The notes: a model not told the origin generated them from the letters alone. Positions 28,865 through 39,274 are shown, counted from the stretch's first letter. The stretch: DNA of 64,000 nt from Deltaproteobacteria bacterium (GCA_016187835.1 JACPIY010000028.1:33455-97454); one strand, 5' to 3'. Made by a program: numbers and translations.

Positions 28865-29536
28865 ATGCCGGAAAAAGTCCTTTTCTCATGGAGCGGTGGG
28901 AAAGATAGTGCGATGGCGCTTTATGACATTCAGAAAAGTAGAGATTATGAAGTAGCAGCTTTGCTGACTACTGTAACAGAAGACTACGACAGAGTCAGCA
29001 TGCACGGTTTAAGGCGGGTTTTGCTAGAGAGGCAGGCGGAATCGCTTGGGTATCATCTTGAGAAGGTTCTTATCTCAAAGAACGCTCCAAATGAAGAATA
29101 TGAGTCTAAAATGGAGAAAGTTCTTCTGAAATATAAGAGTGCTGGTGTTAACTCTGTAGTTTTTGGAGACATATTTCTGGAAGACATAAGAAAATATCGG
29201 GAAAGCAATTTAGCAAAGATAGGGATGGAGGGAATCTTTCCTATATGGAAAAGGAATAGTAATGAACTAGCTCAAACATTCATGGACTTGGGCTTCAAGG
29301 CAATCACTATATGCGTTGACTCAAACGTTTTGGATGGAAAATTTGTCGGCAGGGAATTCGATGCGCAGTTTTTATCTGACCTTCCTTCTAATATTGACCC
29401 TTGCGGTGAGAATGGTGAATTCCATTCCTTTGTATACGACGGGCCGATATTCCGGGAAAAAGTGTCGCACGAATTGGGCGAAATAATTTTGAGGGATAAC
29501 CGTTTCTACTATTGCGATTTGATTGCTGTTGATTGA
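28865..29536 (+). CDS. Dph6-like (MJ0570/COG2102) PP-loop ATP pyrophosphatase
   Basis: N-terminal SWSGGKDS PP-loop. The internal EFHSFV motif is typical of the diphthine-ammonia-ligase-like family. Confidence 0.65.
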   Translation: MPEKVLFSWSGGKDSAMALYDIQKSRDYEVAALLTTVTEDYDRVSMHGLRRVLLERQAESLGYHLEKVLISKNAPNEEYESKMEKVLLKYKSAGVNSVVFGDIFLEDIRKYRESNLAKIGMEGIFPIWKRNSNELAQTFMDLGFKAITICVDSNVLDGKFVGREFDAQFLSDLPSNIDPCGENGEFHSFVYDGPIFREKVSHELGEIILRDNRFYYCDLIAVD

Positions 29537-29729
29537 GGGGCCCTTCAAATCTGCAAATTCACCCCACGACAGGCTCAAGGAATATTTAGTTGACAACCAG
29601 CAACCGACAAGAAAAAAGAAGAGATTGCTTCGCTTCGGAATGACAGTGAGAAATCCTATACGGGGTGATCGGTTTGTTCAGACTTCTTTTTTCTCAATAC
29701 GTCACCCTTTGATAAGGTTTGAAACAGAT

Positions 29730-30275
29730 CTACTGGTAGGGTTGATACCTCTTTTGCTGGTTTACGAGCAGGAATGCTCTGTTAAATTTTTCTACGCTGT
29801 CTAGTACACCCTCTCGGACAATATTTTGCAGATTCGGCTGTCCGGTGATCCCCATGACATCGGTTGACCAGGTCGGTGCATAAACAACTATATTCTTGTC
29901 CCGAAAGATAGAAACCCATTGTTTTAGCTCCGTTTTAATTGAGTAGAAAAACAGTTCATTAGGTGCCTTCATGGCGTTAACTGTTATGTAGAGGTATGGT
30001 GCATCAGCTTCTATCTTGGCTACTCCTTCCGGGAATATTCTAATCCCGTTTGCCAGAAGCTTGAGTTCTATTTCGTTCCTGAGTTGAACTTTAGTAATAC
30101 CGGCTTGTTCAAAAACGTAGTTTATGCCTGTAATCACCAGATGAACTCCCTTAAGCCCTTTGAGGGATTCTTCGGGAGATGACAATTCCCATGCGGAAAC
30201 AGGAAAATTCAAACTAAATAACAATAAGGTTGAAATCAGCGCTACAGAAAGCATCCCAAATCTTTTGTTTTTCAT
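29730..30275 (-). CDS. Secreted hypothetical protein
   Basis: The start is set at MKNKRFGML because ggaggc lies 6 nt upstream. Signal peptide LSVALISTLLLFSLNFPVSA. Confidence 0.5.
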   Translation of the reverse strand: MKNKRFGMLSVALISTLLLFSLNFPVSAWELSSPEESLKGLKGVHLVITGINYVFEQAGITKVQLRNEIELKLLANGIRIFPEGVAKIEADAPYLYITVNAMKAPNELFFYSIKTELKQWVSIFRDKNIVVYAPTWSTDVMGITGQPNLQNIVREGVLDSVEKFNRAFLLVNQQKRYQPYQ

Positions 30276-30622
30276 TGTTTGCCTCCTTACGATCTTTGTT
30301 AAATAGAATAACATAGTTACCTTTCATTTCCTTCTCCCTCTGGCGCATAGAAATGTAAGGACACTTAGCGTAATTTTCTGAATTTTGCATCTAACTGAAA
30401 TATATAAGTTTACTTAGAATGACCGAATTGGCTGAAGATCAATTCTGGAAGAAACCAGATGATTCATAATGCCATTGGCCAACAGGACGGAAAAGATTTG
30501 CTACGAGATTATTGAACTTTTTCCGGCTACCTTCCAGGAAATTCAAACCAGGGAGGATGGTTAAAAAGTCTATGTGCTTGACAGCCTGTTATAACTTTGC
30601 TATAAAAAATAAGGAACCACAA

Positions 30623-31216
30623 ATGAAGAGATATTTCGAAAAAGCAATTAATGAGATGCTTTTTCTCGTGCTCTTTTGTGCGATATTAACAACTAACGCT
30701 CTAGGCTCTCCTATGGGGGTTCCAGAACATAACGTGGATCGTCCCGGCAATGATATCATGACCGGGTTTTCATCTCCTCATTGGAGTGCATGCAGTACAT
30801 CCTGTGCCACCAACAATCAGTGTCGAGCCTATACTTACGTTAATCCGAAATCCGCGGGTCAGAATGGTACTTGTTGGCTCAAGAATAAGGTTCCGGCGAA
30901 AAAAGCTAATACGTGTTGTGTGTCCGGTGTCCGCATCATGAGTCCTTTCGAGGAAGGTATAGATAGGCCGTGGGGGGACTTGATTCCGGGTTTTTCCGTT
31001 CCAACTCGAAGCAATTGCGAGACTGAGTGCACAAACAATTCGAAATGTAAAGCGTTTACATATGTTAAACCCGGGTATCAGGGTCCGGAGGGAAAATGTT
31101 GGTTAAAGTACAAGGTTCCGGCACCCAAGACTAATAACTGCTGTGATTCCGGCGTCAAGCTTATATTCCCAGTACGCCGCATCAATTTGCCAAACAATGA
31201 GCTTACACCTCCTTAA
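30623..31216 (+). CDS. Secreted protein with two tandem PAN/apple-like domains
   Basis: Two repeats fit the PAN Cys pattern: C..C.....C.A(Y/F)TYV.......G.CWLK.KVP......CC.SGV. The start is the internal Met with aaggaa 7 nt upstream. Confidence 0.6.
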   Translation: MKRYFEKAINEMLFLVLFCAILTTNALGSPMGVPEHNVDRPGNDIMTGFSSPHWSACSTSCATNNQCRAYTYVNPKSAGQNGTCWLKNKVPAKKANTCCVSGVRIMSPFEEGIDRPWGDLIPGFSVPTRSNCETECTNNSKCKAFTYVKPGYQGPEGKCWLKYKVPAPKTNNCCDSGVKLIFPVRRINLPNNELTPP

Positions 31217-31495
31217 GAGACCGTAAGTTTCATAAAGATGGAGCACAACAACCCTTGTGTTCTTTCTTTTATTTGGTTCTTAAATACTCGATTCCTAATC
31301 GCTTAAGATATAGGGTTATTGAGTACATGTTCATCATAGAAGGACTAAGATAGAATAAAGACCGTTTCTTTACCCTACCTTACTTTTACATTTCGGTTAC
31401 ATTTTACGCTGCAGAATATGGCATGTTGACAAGAGTCTGTAATTCGTGCGAAAATTGCGACGAAAAAGATTTACACACAAATAGGGCAATAACTA

Positions 31496-32737
31496 ATGCC
31501 GGGGATTCAAATGCTCGAAAAGCTTTTTCATCTCCAGGAGTCGGGAACTAATATCAAACGCGAGGTCATTGGGGGTTGTACGACATTCATGACGCTTTCC
31601 TATATTATCTTTGTCCAGCCAGCCATAGCTCTTGCGCCGGCGATGGGGCATAACTTTTATTTCGCATTTACGGTTTGTATAACGCAAGGCGTCTCGTGGC
31701 AACATGCGCTTGGCGCTGTTTTTATTGCGGGTTTATTATTTATCCTTCTGTCCACGGTCGGTTTGCGTGAGACTGTAATAGCGGTGATGCCGAACGCGCT
31801 TAGAAATGGTATCCCTGTCGGTATTGGACTGTTAATTGCTCTGGTGGGATTGGAATGGGCGGGAATTGTAGTTAGTCATCCGGCAACGTATGTCACGCTT
31901 GGAAAAGTCTTCTCTCCTCCTGTCTTGCTCTCCCTGTTTGGTTTGGGCTTGATTGCCACACTATTTGCCCTTAAGGTGCGGGGTGCGATTTTAATCGGCA
32001 TTTTTGCCTCAACGGTCGTTGGTCTAATTACCGGCCTGGTAGAGTTTCAGGGCGTTGTCTCTTCTCCTCCTTCTATAGCTCCGACCTTCCTTAAGCTCGA
32101 GATCCCCAATATTTTCGCCGAGCCTCATCTCATAGCGATAATATTCGTGTTCTTCTTCCTTGCTCTTTTTGACACCGTTGGGACGTTGATCGGTGTTAGC
32201 CAGCAGGCGGGCATAATGGTAGATGGTAGGTTGCCGAAGGCAAGGCAGGCTCTGCTCGCAGATGCTATTGCCACAAGCACCGGTGCTCTGCTCGGAACAT
32301 CCACAGTGACTAGCTACATTGAAAGCGCATCGGGTATTTCTGCTGGCGGTCGTACGGGCCTAACCAACGTTGTGACAGCGGTTCTGTTGCTGCTTGCGCT
32401 ATTTTTCAACCCGCTTATTAAAATGGTAGGCGCGGGGTATCAGGTCGGGGAAAATACTTTCCTCTATCCGATAATCGCCCCTGCTTTAATCGTTGTTGGA
32501 AGTTTGATGCTGAAAAATGTAGTCCAAATAGATTGGGACGATATGACTGAATCAATACCTGCATTTCTCACGCTCGTAATGATGCCCTTTACCTTCAGTA
32601 TTACCGAAGGGATCGCATTCGGTTTCATTTCTTATGCCCTCTTGAAACTCGTGAGTGGTAAAGGCAAGGAGGTTCATTGGCTTATTTACCTCTTTGCCTT
32701 GCTCTTTGTGGCTCGTTATATCTGGCTGGTTGGCTAG
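31496..32737 (+). CDS. NCS2-family purine permease (AzgA/PbuG-like adenine/guanine/hypoxanthine permease). The start is possibly at 31511.
   Basis: MLEKLFHLQESGTNIKREVIGGCTTFMTLSYIIFV is the AzgA-type N-terminus. The protein has about 12 TM helices. Confidence 0.75.
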   Translation: MPGIQMLEKLFHLQESGTNIKREVIGGCTTFMTLSYIIFVQPAIALAPAMGHNFYFAFTVCITQGVSWQHALGAVFIAGLLFILLSTVGLRETVIAVMPNALRNGIPVGIGLLIALVGLEWAGIVVSHPATYVTLGKVFSPPVLLSLFGLGLIATLFALKVRGAILIGIFASTVVGLITGLVEFQGVVSSPPSIAPTFLKLEIPNIFAEPHLIAIIFVFFFLALFDTVGTLIGVSQQAGIMVDGRLPKARQALLADAIATSTGALLGTSTVTSYIESASGISAGGRTGLTNVVTAVLLLLALFFNPLIKMVGAGYQVGENTFLYPIIAPALIVVGSLMLKNVVQIDWDDMTESIPAFLTLVMMPFTFSITEGIAFGFISYALLKLVSGKGKEVHWLIYLFALLFVARYIWLVG

Positions 32738-33000
32738 TTTTAAAAAGAATAGATTAAGCTGATCCAACTTTCATTTGTAGCAGTTTTCAGGTGAGTGTAC
32801 GGTATTTCTTCATTTCATAACCCGTTCACACAGCCTGTCGAAGGGTGTTGGGCGTCCTTCGATAAGCATGTCCTGAGCAAGGTCGAAGGACTCAGGACGA
32901 ACGGATATAAGCAGTAATGCCGCATACGCAAATTAAAACCGTTGCAATATTCATCCCAAGATAGCTCTTTTTTTAATTTAAGATAGAATTAATATGAAAT

Positions 33001-33702
33001 ATGAGTGTATTCGAACCCTTTATAGGAATAACCACCGATATAAAAACAGATGTAGCTAAGGAAGAAAGTTTCCTGATAGAAACGACCTATGCCAGGGCTA
33101 TTGCCAAGGCTGGCGGTATTCCGGTTCTCCTTCCATTGCTTTCTGCAAACGGTTCTCTTCTTGAAAATTTGGTAGCGAAAATAGACGGGCTTCTTCTTCC
33201 CGGCGGAAGGGATATGGATCCTAAATTCTACAACGAGGAGCCGCATCCAAAACTAAGACTAATGAGCCTTGAGAGAACCGAATCGGAGATGGTGATATTA
33301 GAGGAAGCTTTAAAGAGAGACATACCCGTTTTGGGTATTTGCGGCGGTATGCAGCTTATAAACGTTTTCTTTAAAGGCTCGCTATATCAAGACATTCCTT
33401 CTCTAGTACCTAATGCCCTGATCCATGAAAAGGGCTCGGTCCATAAAATTTATGTTGAAGAAGGGACGCTTCTTCAGGAAATAATCCAGGAAAAGAGCTT
33501 CTCTATAAAGAGTTATCACCACCAATCCGTAAAAGCGCTGGGAAGTGGACTCAGAGTTTGTGCAACGTGCCCGGATGGGGTTATAGAGGCAATAGAGGGC
33601 ACCGATTCTTTTATTCTTGGGATTCAGTGGCATCCTGAAAGGGAAGAGAGCGAGATTTCAAAAAGGATTTTTAAGGCTTTTATGGATGAGTGCAATAAGT
33701 AA
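33001..33702 (+). CDS. Gamma-glutamyl-GABA hydrolase-like class I glutamine amidotransferase (peptidase C26)
   Basis: LLLPGGRDMDP...VLGICGGMQL...IQWHPE is the catalytic Cys-His-Glu triad context. Confidence 0.75.
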   Translation: MSVFEPFIGITTDIKTDVAKEESFLIETTYARAIAKAGGIPVLLPLLSANGSLLENLVAKIDGLLLPGGRDMDPKFYNEEPHPKLRLMSLERTESEMVILEEALKRDIPVLGICGGMQLINVFFKGSLYQDIPSLVPNALIHEKGSVHKIYVEEGTLLQEIIQEKSFSIKSYHHQSVKALGSGLRVCATCPDGVIEAIEGTDSFILGIQWHPEREESEISKRIFKAFMDECNK

Positions 33703-33742
33703 ATTCATCCCCGCTTTTAATCCCAGGTAAAATTATTCTACT

Positions 33743-36556
33743 TTGCAATCAATCAAAATTATTGGAGCAAGGGAGCATAATCTAAGGAACATAAGCCTTG
33801 AGATTCCGAGGGGAGAGTTCATTGTCGTCACTGGGGTAAGCGGTTCGGGCAAATCCTCTCTTGCCTTTGACACTATTTTTGCAGAAGGCCAGAGGAGATA
33901 CATGGAATCTCTCTCTGCATATGCGAGGCAATTTGTAGAGAGAATTGATAAGCCCGATATAGATTCTATTGAAGGACTTTCTCCATCCATCTCGGTAGAT
34001 CAGAAAACATTTCAGAGGAATCCGCGGTCAACCGTAGGCACCATAACCGAGATCTATGATTTTCTAAGACTCCTATTCGCACGTCTTGGAAAACCCCACT
34101 GCTATAAATGCGGGGGTGAAATATCCGCCCAAAATCTTGAAAAGATGATAGACCGCATACTTTCTCTCGGAACGGGGGAAAAGGTCTCCATATTCTCACC
34201 TATTGTAAAGGGAAGAAAGGGTGAGTATAAAAAGGAGCTCGATGAGCTCAGGAATCAGGGGTTTCTCCGGGTAAGGATTGACGGAAAGTTTTTTGACCTG
34301 GAAGATGAGATACATCTTGAGAAGCAAAAGAAGCATACAATTGAACTCATTGTAGATGTGGTTGTACTTCGCGGCGATAATTTAAGAACCAGGATTGAGG
34401 ATTCGTTAAGACTCGCTTTAAAACGTGGAGGAGGAGTTGCAAGAGTAGAGACCGAGAGTGGAAAGACTATTACGTTCAGTGAAAAATTTGCCTGCCCTAC
34501 GTGCGGGATAAGTTACCCTGAGATCTCTCCCAGGCTTTTTTCATTCAATAGTCCATACGGCGCATGTCCTGAGTGCCAGGGACTCGGAGTGAAATCATTT
34601 TTCGATCCCGAGCTTGTGGTTGAGAGCTGGGACAAGTCAATTGAGGAAGGGACGATAATTCCCTGGAGAAATTCTAGCTACTTCCGTCGGTTAATAGAAT
34701 CCGTTGCCAGACACTATAAATTCAGCTTAAAAACGCCCCTTAAAAAGCTTCCCTTAAAAATACAAAAAATAATCCTCTACGGCTCAGGAGATGAGAAAAT
34801 TAGGTTTTATAGAGAAAGCGGGAGATGGATTGACGACTACTGGGACACATTTTCCGGAGTGATTGGAATTATCTCGGAGTGGTACAATGAGACTCAATCT
34901 GACGATGTAAGAGAAGCTCTTTCTAAATATGTACGCAGCGTTACCTGTTCTTCATGTAACGGCTCAAGACTTAAAAAGGAGAGCCTGACGGTGTTGGTGC
35001 ATGAAAAATCTATCCACGACATAACAACTATGTCGGTGGATGAGTGTGGCAGATTTTTCGAGAGTCTTGAGCTTGTAGGGAGGGAAAGAGAGATTGGCGA
35101 GAGAATTCTTAAAGAGATCAACTCCCGCCTAAGCTTCCTTAAGAATGTTGGTCTTGGATATCTTACTCTTGATCGTCCGGCGCCTACGCTTTCAGGTGGC
35201 GAGGCTCAGAGAATAAGGCTTGCAACGCAGGTAGGATCAAAACTCACGGGTATTACTTATGTACTCGACGAACCGACAATCGGCCTTCACCCCAGAGACA
35301 ATAAGAGGCTTATTCATACTCTCAAATCTCTAAGAGATAGTGGAAACACAATCTTAGTGGTTGAGCACGATGAAGAAACCATAAGGAATGCGGATTTTAT
35401 CGTGGATATGGGACCTGGGGCAGGAGAAAAAGGCGGTGAGATTGTTGCTCGGGGAAAGATTTTCGATTTAATGAGAAATGAGAGATCACTTACGGGGAAG
35501 TACCTTTCAGGAGAGCTTTCAATCTCTATTCCTAACGAGAGAAGAAAACCCGAAGGATACATAACGATAAAAGGTGCCAGTGAAAATAATCTGAAGAATG
35601 TGGATGTTCCCTTTCCGCTCCGTGTTTTTACGTGCGTCACAGGGGTTTCGGGTTCGGGGAAAAGCACGCTTGCTATTGATTCCTTACACAATGCGCTTTG
35701 TGCAAAGCTATATGGGAGCAAAGAAAAAGTAGGCAAACACTCGGAAATTATCGGAGATGGCGAGATTAATAAGGTTGTAAACGTTGATCAGTCTCCGATT
35801 GGAAGAACTCCAAGGTCGAATCCTGCAACGTACACCGGGGTTTTTACTCCGATAAGGGAGCTTTTCTCCATGCTTACAGAGGCAAAGATGAGGGGATATA
35901 AACCCGGCAGATTCAGTTTTAATGTTCAAGACGGAAGGTGTGATGGATGCAAGGGTGAAGGAACGGTGAAAATAGAAATGCACTTTCTGCCAGACGTTTA
36001 TGTAAGGTGTGAGCAATGCGGAGGCAAAAGATTCAATTCTGAAACTCTTGAGGTTAAATATAAGGAAAAAAGTATTGCCGATGTTCTAGATATGACCATC
36101 AGTGAAGCGCTAGAGTTTTTTAATAATGTCCCCCAAATAAAATCCAAACTCCAAGTCCTTCACGCTGTAGGGCTTGATTACATAAGGCTCGGTCAGCCTG
36201 CCACGACGCTTTCAGGCGGGGAGGCTCAGAGGATAAAACTCGCAAAAGAACTGTCAAGGCGAGCTACAGGCAGAACCCTCTATATACTGGATGAACCTAC
36301 TATCGGACTTCATTTTGATGATGTGAGGAGATTGCTCGAAGTCATCCAGAGGCTTGTCGATATGGGGAATACCGTAGTTGTAATTGAGCATAACCTTGAT
36401 GTGATAAAGTGCGCCGATTATATAATTGACCTCGGACCAGAGGGTGGGAAAGAGGGAGGGAGGGTTGTTGCTTATGGCACGCCTGAAGAGGTTTCTCAGG
36501 TCGAAGGATCATATACTGGTATGTTCCTTAAGAGGGTGCTTGAAAACCGAACTTGA
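33743..36556 (+). CDS. uvrA: Excinuclease ABC subunit A
   Basis: IIGAREHNLRNISLEIPRGEFIVVTGVSGSGKSSLAFDT. Two ABC modules and zinc-finger cysteines. Confidence 0.95.
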   Translation: MQSIKIIGAREHNLRNISLEIPRGEFIVVTGVSGSGKSSLAFDTIFAEGQRRYMESLSAYARQFVERIDKPDIDSIEGLSPSISVDQKTFQRNPRSTVGTITEIYDFLRLLFARLGKPHCYKCGGEISAQNLEKMIDRILSLGTGEKVSIFSPIVKGRKGEYKKELDELRNQGFLRVRIDGKFFDLEDEIHLEKQKKHTIELIVDVVVLRGDNLRTRIEDSLRLALKRGGGVARVETESGKTITFSEKFACPTCGISYPEISPRLFSFNSPYGACPECQGLGVKSFFDPELVVESWDKSIEEGTIIPWRNSSYFRRLIESVARHYKFSLKTPLKKLPLKIQKIILYGSGDEKIRFYRESGRWIDDYWDTFSGVIGIISEWYNETQSDDVREALSKYVRSVTCSSCNGSRLKKESLTVLVHEKSIHDITTMSVDECGRFFESLELVGREREIGERILKEINSRLSFLKNVGLGYLTLDRPAPTLSGGEAQRIRLATQVGSKLTGITYVLDEPTIGLHPRDNKRLIHTLKSLRDSGNTILVVEHDEETIRNADFIVDMGPGAGEKGGEIVARGKIFDLMRNERSLTGKYLSGELSISIPNERRKPEGYITIKGASENNLKNVDVPFPLRVFTCVTGVSGSGKSTLAIDSLHNALCAKLYGSKEKVGKHSEIIGDGEINKVVNVDQSPIGRTPRSNPATYTGVFTPIRELFSMLTEAKMRGYKPGRFSFNVQDGRCDGCKGEGTVKIEMHFLPDVYVRCEQCGGKRFNSETLEVKYKEKSIADVLDMTISEALEFFNNVPQIKSKLQVLHAVGLDYIRLGQPATTLSGGEAQRIKLAKELSRRATGRTLYILDEPTIGLHFDDVRRLLEVIQRLVDMGNTVVVIEHNLDVIKCADYIIDLGPEGGKEGGRVVAYGTPEEVSQVEGSYTGMFLKRVLENRT

Positions 36557-36650
36557 TAAATTTCTTTTAGGTATAAAACCTTAACTAACCCCTAATATCT
36601 TTTTCATGTAGAATTACTTTCCTTATTTTCTAATACATACGGAGAATCTA

Positions 36651-37367
36651 TTGGATTTACTACAGTCTATTGTTCTCGGAATCGTGCAAGGTATCACAGA
36701 GTTTCTTCCCATAAGCAGCACCGCACATCTGGCTCTTATCCCCTGGTTTTTTAAGTGGAATGACCCCGGGCTTGCTTTTGATGTTGCTCTACACATAGGA
36801 ACCCTTGTTGCTGTGATCTATTACTTCTGGCGTGAATGGGTGGTGATTATAAGAGGATTAATACAAGGTTTGCTCTCAGTAAGCTTTGCAAAAAATCCCA
36901 ATGGGAAGCTGGGAGTATATATCATCATTGCAACCATACCTGGAGCACTCTCAGGGTTTATATTTGAGGAGCAAGCATCTGGAATACTTAGACACCCCAT
37001 TGCTATTGCGGTCTCAGTCTTTTTCTTTGGAGTAATTCTTTACGTATTTGATAAATTCTCTAGAAAAGAAAAAGGAATTTCGGATTTAAATATTTTTGAT
37101 TGCCTGGTGGTAGGGATTGCTCAAGCTTTTGCGATAATTCCTGGAGTATCGCGCTCTGGAGTTTCAATTACAGGCGGTCTAATTAGATTAGATTATGCAA
37201 CCGTTGCAAGTCCTCCATTCATCGTTGGAATTCTCACGTCCGCCCTTTTTGGTTTTCTAAGCATAAAGTATCTTCTAAGATACCTTCAAGCTAAGACCTA
37301 TACTGTGTTTGTTATATACCGCGTAGCGCTGGCAGCTTTTATTTTATTTCTTTATTTTGGCAGATAA
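36651..37367 (+). CDS. uppP: Undecaprenyl-diphosphatase
   Basis: MDLLQSIVLGIVQGITEFLPISSTAHL is the BacA/UppP signature. Confidence 0.85.
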   Translation: MDLLQSIVLGIVQGITEFLPISSTAHLALIPWFFKWNDPGLAFDVALHIGTLVAVIYYFWREWVVIIRGLIQGLLSVSFAKNPNGKLGVYIIIATIPGALSGFIFEEQASGILRHPIAIAVSVFFFGVILYVFDKFSRKEKGISDLNIFDCLVVGIAQAFAIIPGVSRSGVSITGGLIRLDYATVASPPFIVGILTSALFGFLSIKYLLRYLQAKTYTVFVIYRVALAAFILFLYFGR

Positions 37368-37434
37368 GTTGCTTCTTGCGCTCAGGGTTCTTCAATGCAG
37401 GATGTCAAGTATACTAAGTGAGTCAGTTGCTCTC

Positions 37435-37464
37435 TGTAGAGACACAAAATTTTGTGTCTCTACA
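37435..37464. promoter_or_regulatory. 30-bp perfect palindrome tgtagagacacaaaattttgtgtctctaca between uppP and the secreted TldD-like gene
   Basis: Verified by reverse complement. It has the half-sites TAGAGAC-N12-GTCTCTA, as at 15547-15572. Confidence 0.5.
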
Positions 37465-37576
37465 ATAAGGCTGGTGCAAAACCCTCGGAATACTGGTGGA
37501 CTCAACCGTTACCTTTCACTTTGACATACTAGGCTTAGGGGGTAATCTTTAGGAATCCAAAAATGGAGTAAAAATT

Positions 37577-39274
37577 ATGCGCCTCAGAATATTGTCAATA
37601 TTTTTCATAATCCTCTACCTGTCGTTTCATTCCATCGGTGAATTGAAAGAACAGAGAAGCGATCTTGGTGTAATGAAAGCCATGCAAGAGGAGTTGAATC
37701 GCTCCTGGGAAAAGCTCAGGCTGGATGGCTATGAGTCTCCCTACTTTATAAGCTATCAGATTAAGGACAATACCTATTATAGTATAGAGGGGAAATACGG
37801 CGCTGTTGTATCGTCCGATAAGAACCGAATGAGACGTCTATTTGTGGATGTGCGCGTGGGCAATTACGAATTCGATAATTCGATAAGGGGACAGTCCGGA
37901 GGCAAGGTGCCTTTTTATAACGCTTCCTATATTCCGGTTGACAATGACGTTGATGCTATAAGAGCCGTTTTATGGCAGGCGACGGATTACGCCTATAAGG
38001 AAGCCCTCTCCCAGTATTTCAACAAGAAGGCAAATTATGTCCAGAAAGTGAAGGATGAGAATTTTGCGAGCTTTTCTCGTGAAAATAGTAATGTCTACTA
38101 TGATCCTGAAGTCAACTTGTTTTTTGATCCCAAGGAGTGGGAAAGTAAGATAAGAGAGATTTCAGCCATATACAAAGACTATAAGGAACTGATAGATGCC
38201 GATTTGGATATAACCGCTCAGAAAGAAACTACTTATTTCATTAATACCGAAGGGACACGATACATAAGAGATGAGATTCTCTATTCCGTGGACGCAGAGG
38301 TAACGACGAGAGCAGAAGACGGGAAGATTATTAAAAACTATAGAAACCTGTACTACGTATTACCGGAGGACTTGCCTTCGGTTGAAATGATAAAGTCGGC
38401 AATAAGAGAAATGGTCGAAGAGACCATAAAACTGAGAGAGGCGGAGGTGCTTACTCCAATAAGCGTCCCTGCCATACTCGAACCTGAAGCAGCAGGGATT
38501 GTATTCCATGAGGCTGTTGGACACAGGCTTGAGGGTGAAAGGCAGATTGACGACAGGGAAGGACAAACATTCAAAGAAAAAGTAGGAGAGAAAATAGTTC
38601 CAGCTTTTCTTTCTATCTTTGATGATCCGACAATGAAAGGCTTAGGTGGAACTCACCTTGTCGGATATTACCCGTTTGACGACCAGGGAGTACCGGGGCA
38701 GAAAGTCCTTTTGGTACAACACGGGGTTTTAAAGAATTTTCTCCTTTCCCGCACCCCTATTGAAGGTTTTAATAAATCGAACGGTCACGGAAGAGCCTCA
38801 TACGGAAGGGCGCCGATGGCAAGGATGAGCAGCCTTATTATTAAGTCTGATAAGGAATACACGAAAGAGAAGCTGAAAGAACTACTTATAGAGGAAGTAA
38901 AACGTCAGAATAACCCCTTTGGGCTTATAATTGAAAGAATGGAAGGTGGCGAGACAAACACCTCGTCTTACGATTTTCAGGCCTTCAAAGCAACGCCCCT
39001 TGTTGTCTATAAAGTTGATCCCAAGACAGGGAATGAAACACTTGTGCGGGGTATAGAAGTTGTGGGGACACCAATTGTTTCAATTAACAAGATTATCGCT
39101 ACCGGAAATGATTACGCAGTGTTTAATGGATTCTGCGGAGCTGAATCCGGATATGTCCCTGTCTCTACGGTTGCTCCAAGCATACTTATTTCGGAAATAG
39201 AGCTTCAGCGCATCTCTGAGAAGAAAGAAAAGCTCCCTATTCTTCCCCCGCCGTTTTTTGACGGGAGTGAGTAG
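37577..39274 (+). CDS. TldD/PmbA-family metallopeptidase paralog with an N-terminal signal peptide
   Basis: GIVFHEAVGHRLEGER HExxxH motif. The hydrophobic N-terminus is MRLRILSIFFIILYLSFHS. Confidence 0.7.
   Translation: MRLRILSIFFIILYLSFHSIGELKEQRSDLGVMKAMQEELNRSWEKLRLDGYESPYFISYQIKDNTYYSIEGKYGAVVSSDKNRMRRLFVDVRVGNYEFDNSIRGQSGGKVPFYNASYIPVDNDVDAIRAVLWQATDYAYKEALSQYFNKKANYVQKVKDENFASFSRENSNVYYDPEVNLFFDPKEWESKIREISAIYKDYKELIDADLDITAQKETTYFINTEGTRYIRDEILYSVDAEVTTRAEDGKIIKNYRNLYYVLPEDLPSVEMIKSAIREMVEETIKLREAEVLTPISVPAILEPEAAGIVFHEAVGHRLEGERQIDDREGQTFKEKVGEKIVPAFLSIFDDPTMKGLGGTHLVGYYPFDDQGVPGQKVLLVQHGVLKNFLLSRTPIEGFNKSNGHGRASYGRAPMARMSSLIIKSDKEYTKEKLKELLIEEVKRQNNPFGLIIERMEGGETNTSSYDFQAFKATPLVVYKVDPKTGNETLVRGIEVVGTPIVSINKIIATGNDYAVFNGFCGAESGYVPVSTVAPSILISEIELQRISEKKEKLPILPPPFFDGSE

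Noticed and set aside
32840-32900. Twin hairpins (tcgaagg-N11-ccttcga; gtcctgag-N13-ctcaggac) after the permease gene as a terminator or sRNA
   Set aside because: The stems are short (7-8 bp) and are followed by no U-tract. The plain sequence does not support a specific call, so I left it as a note.
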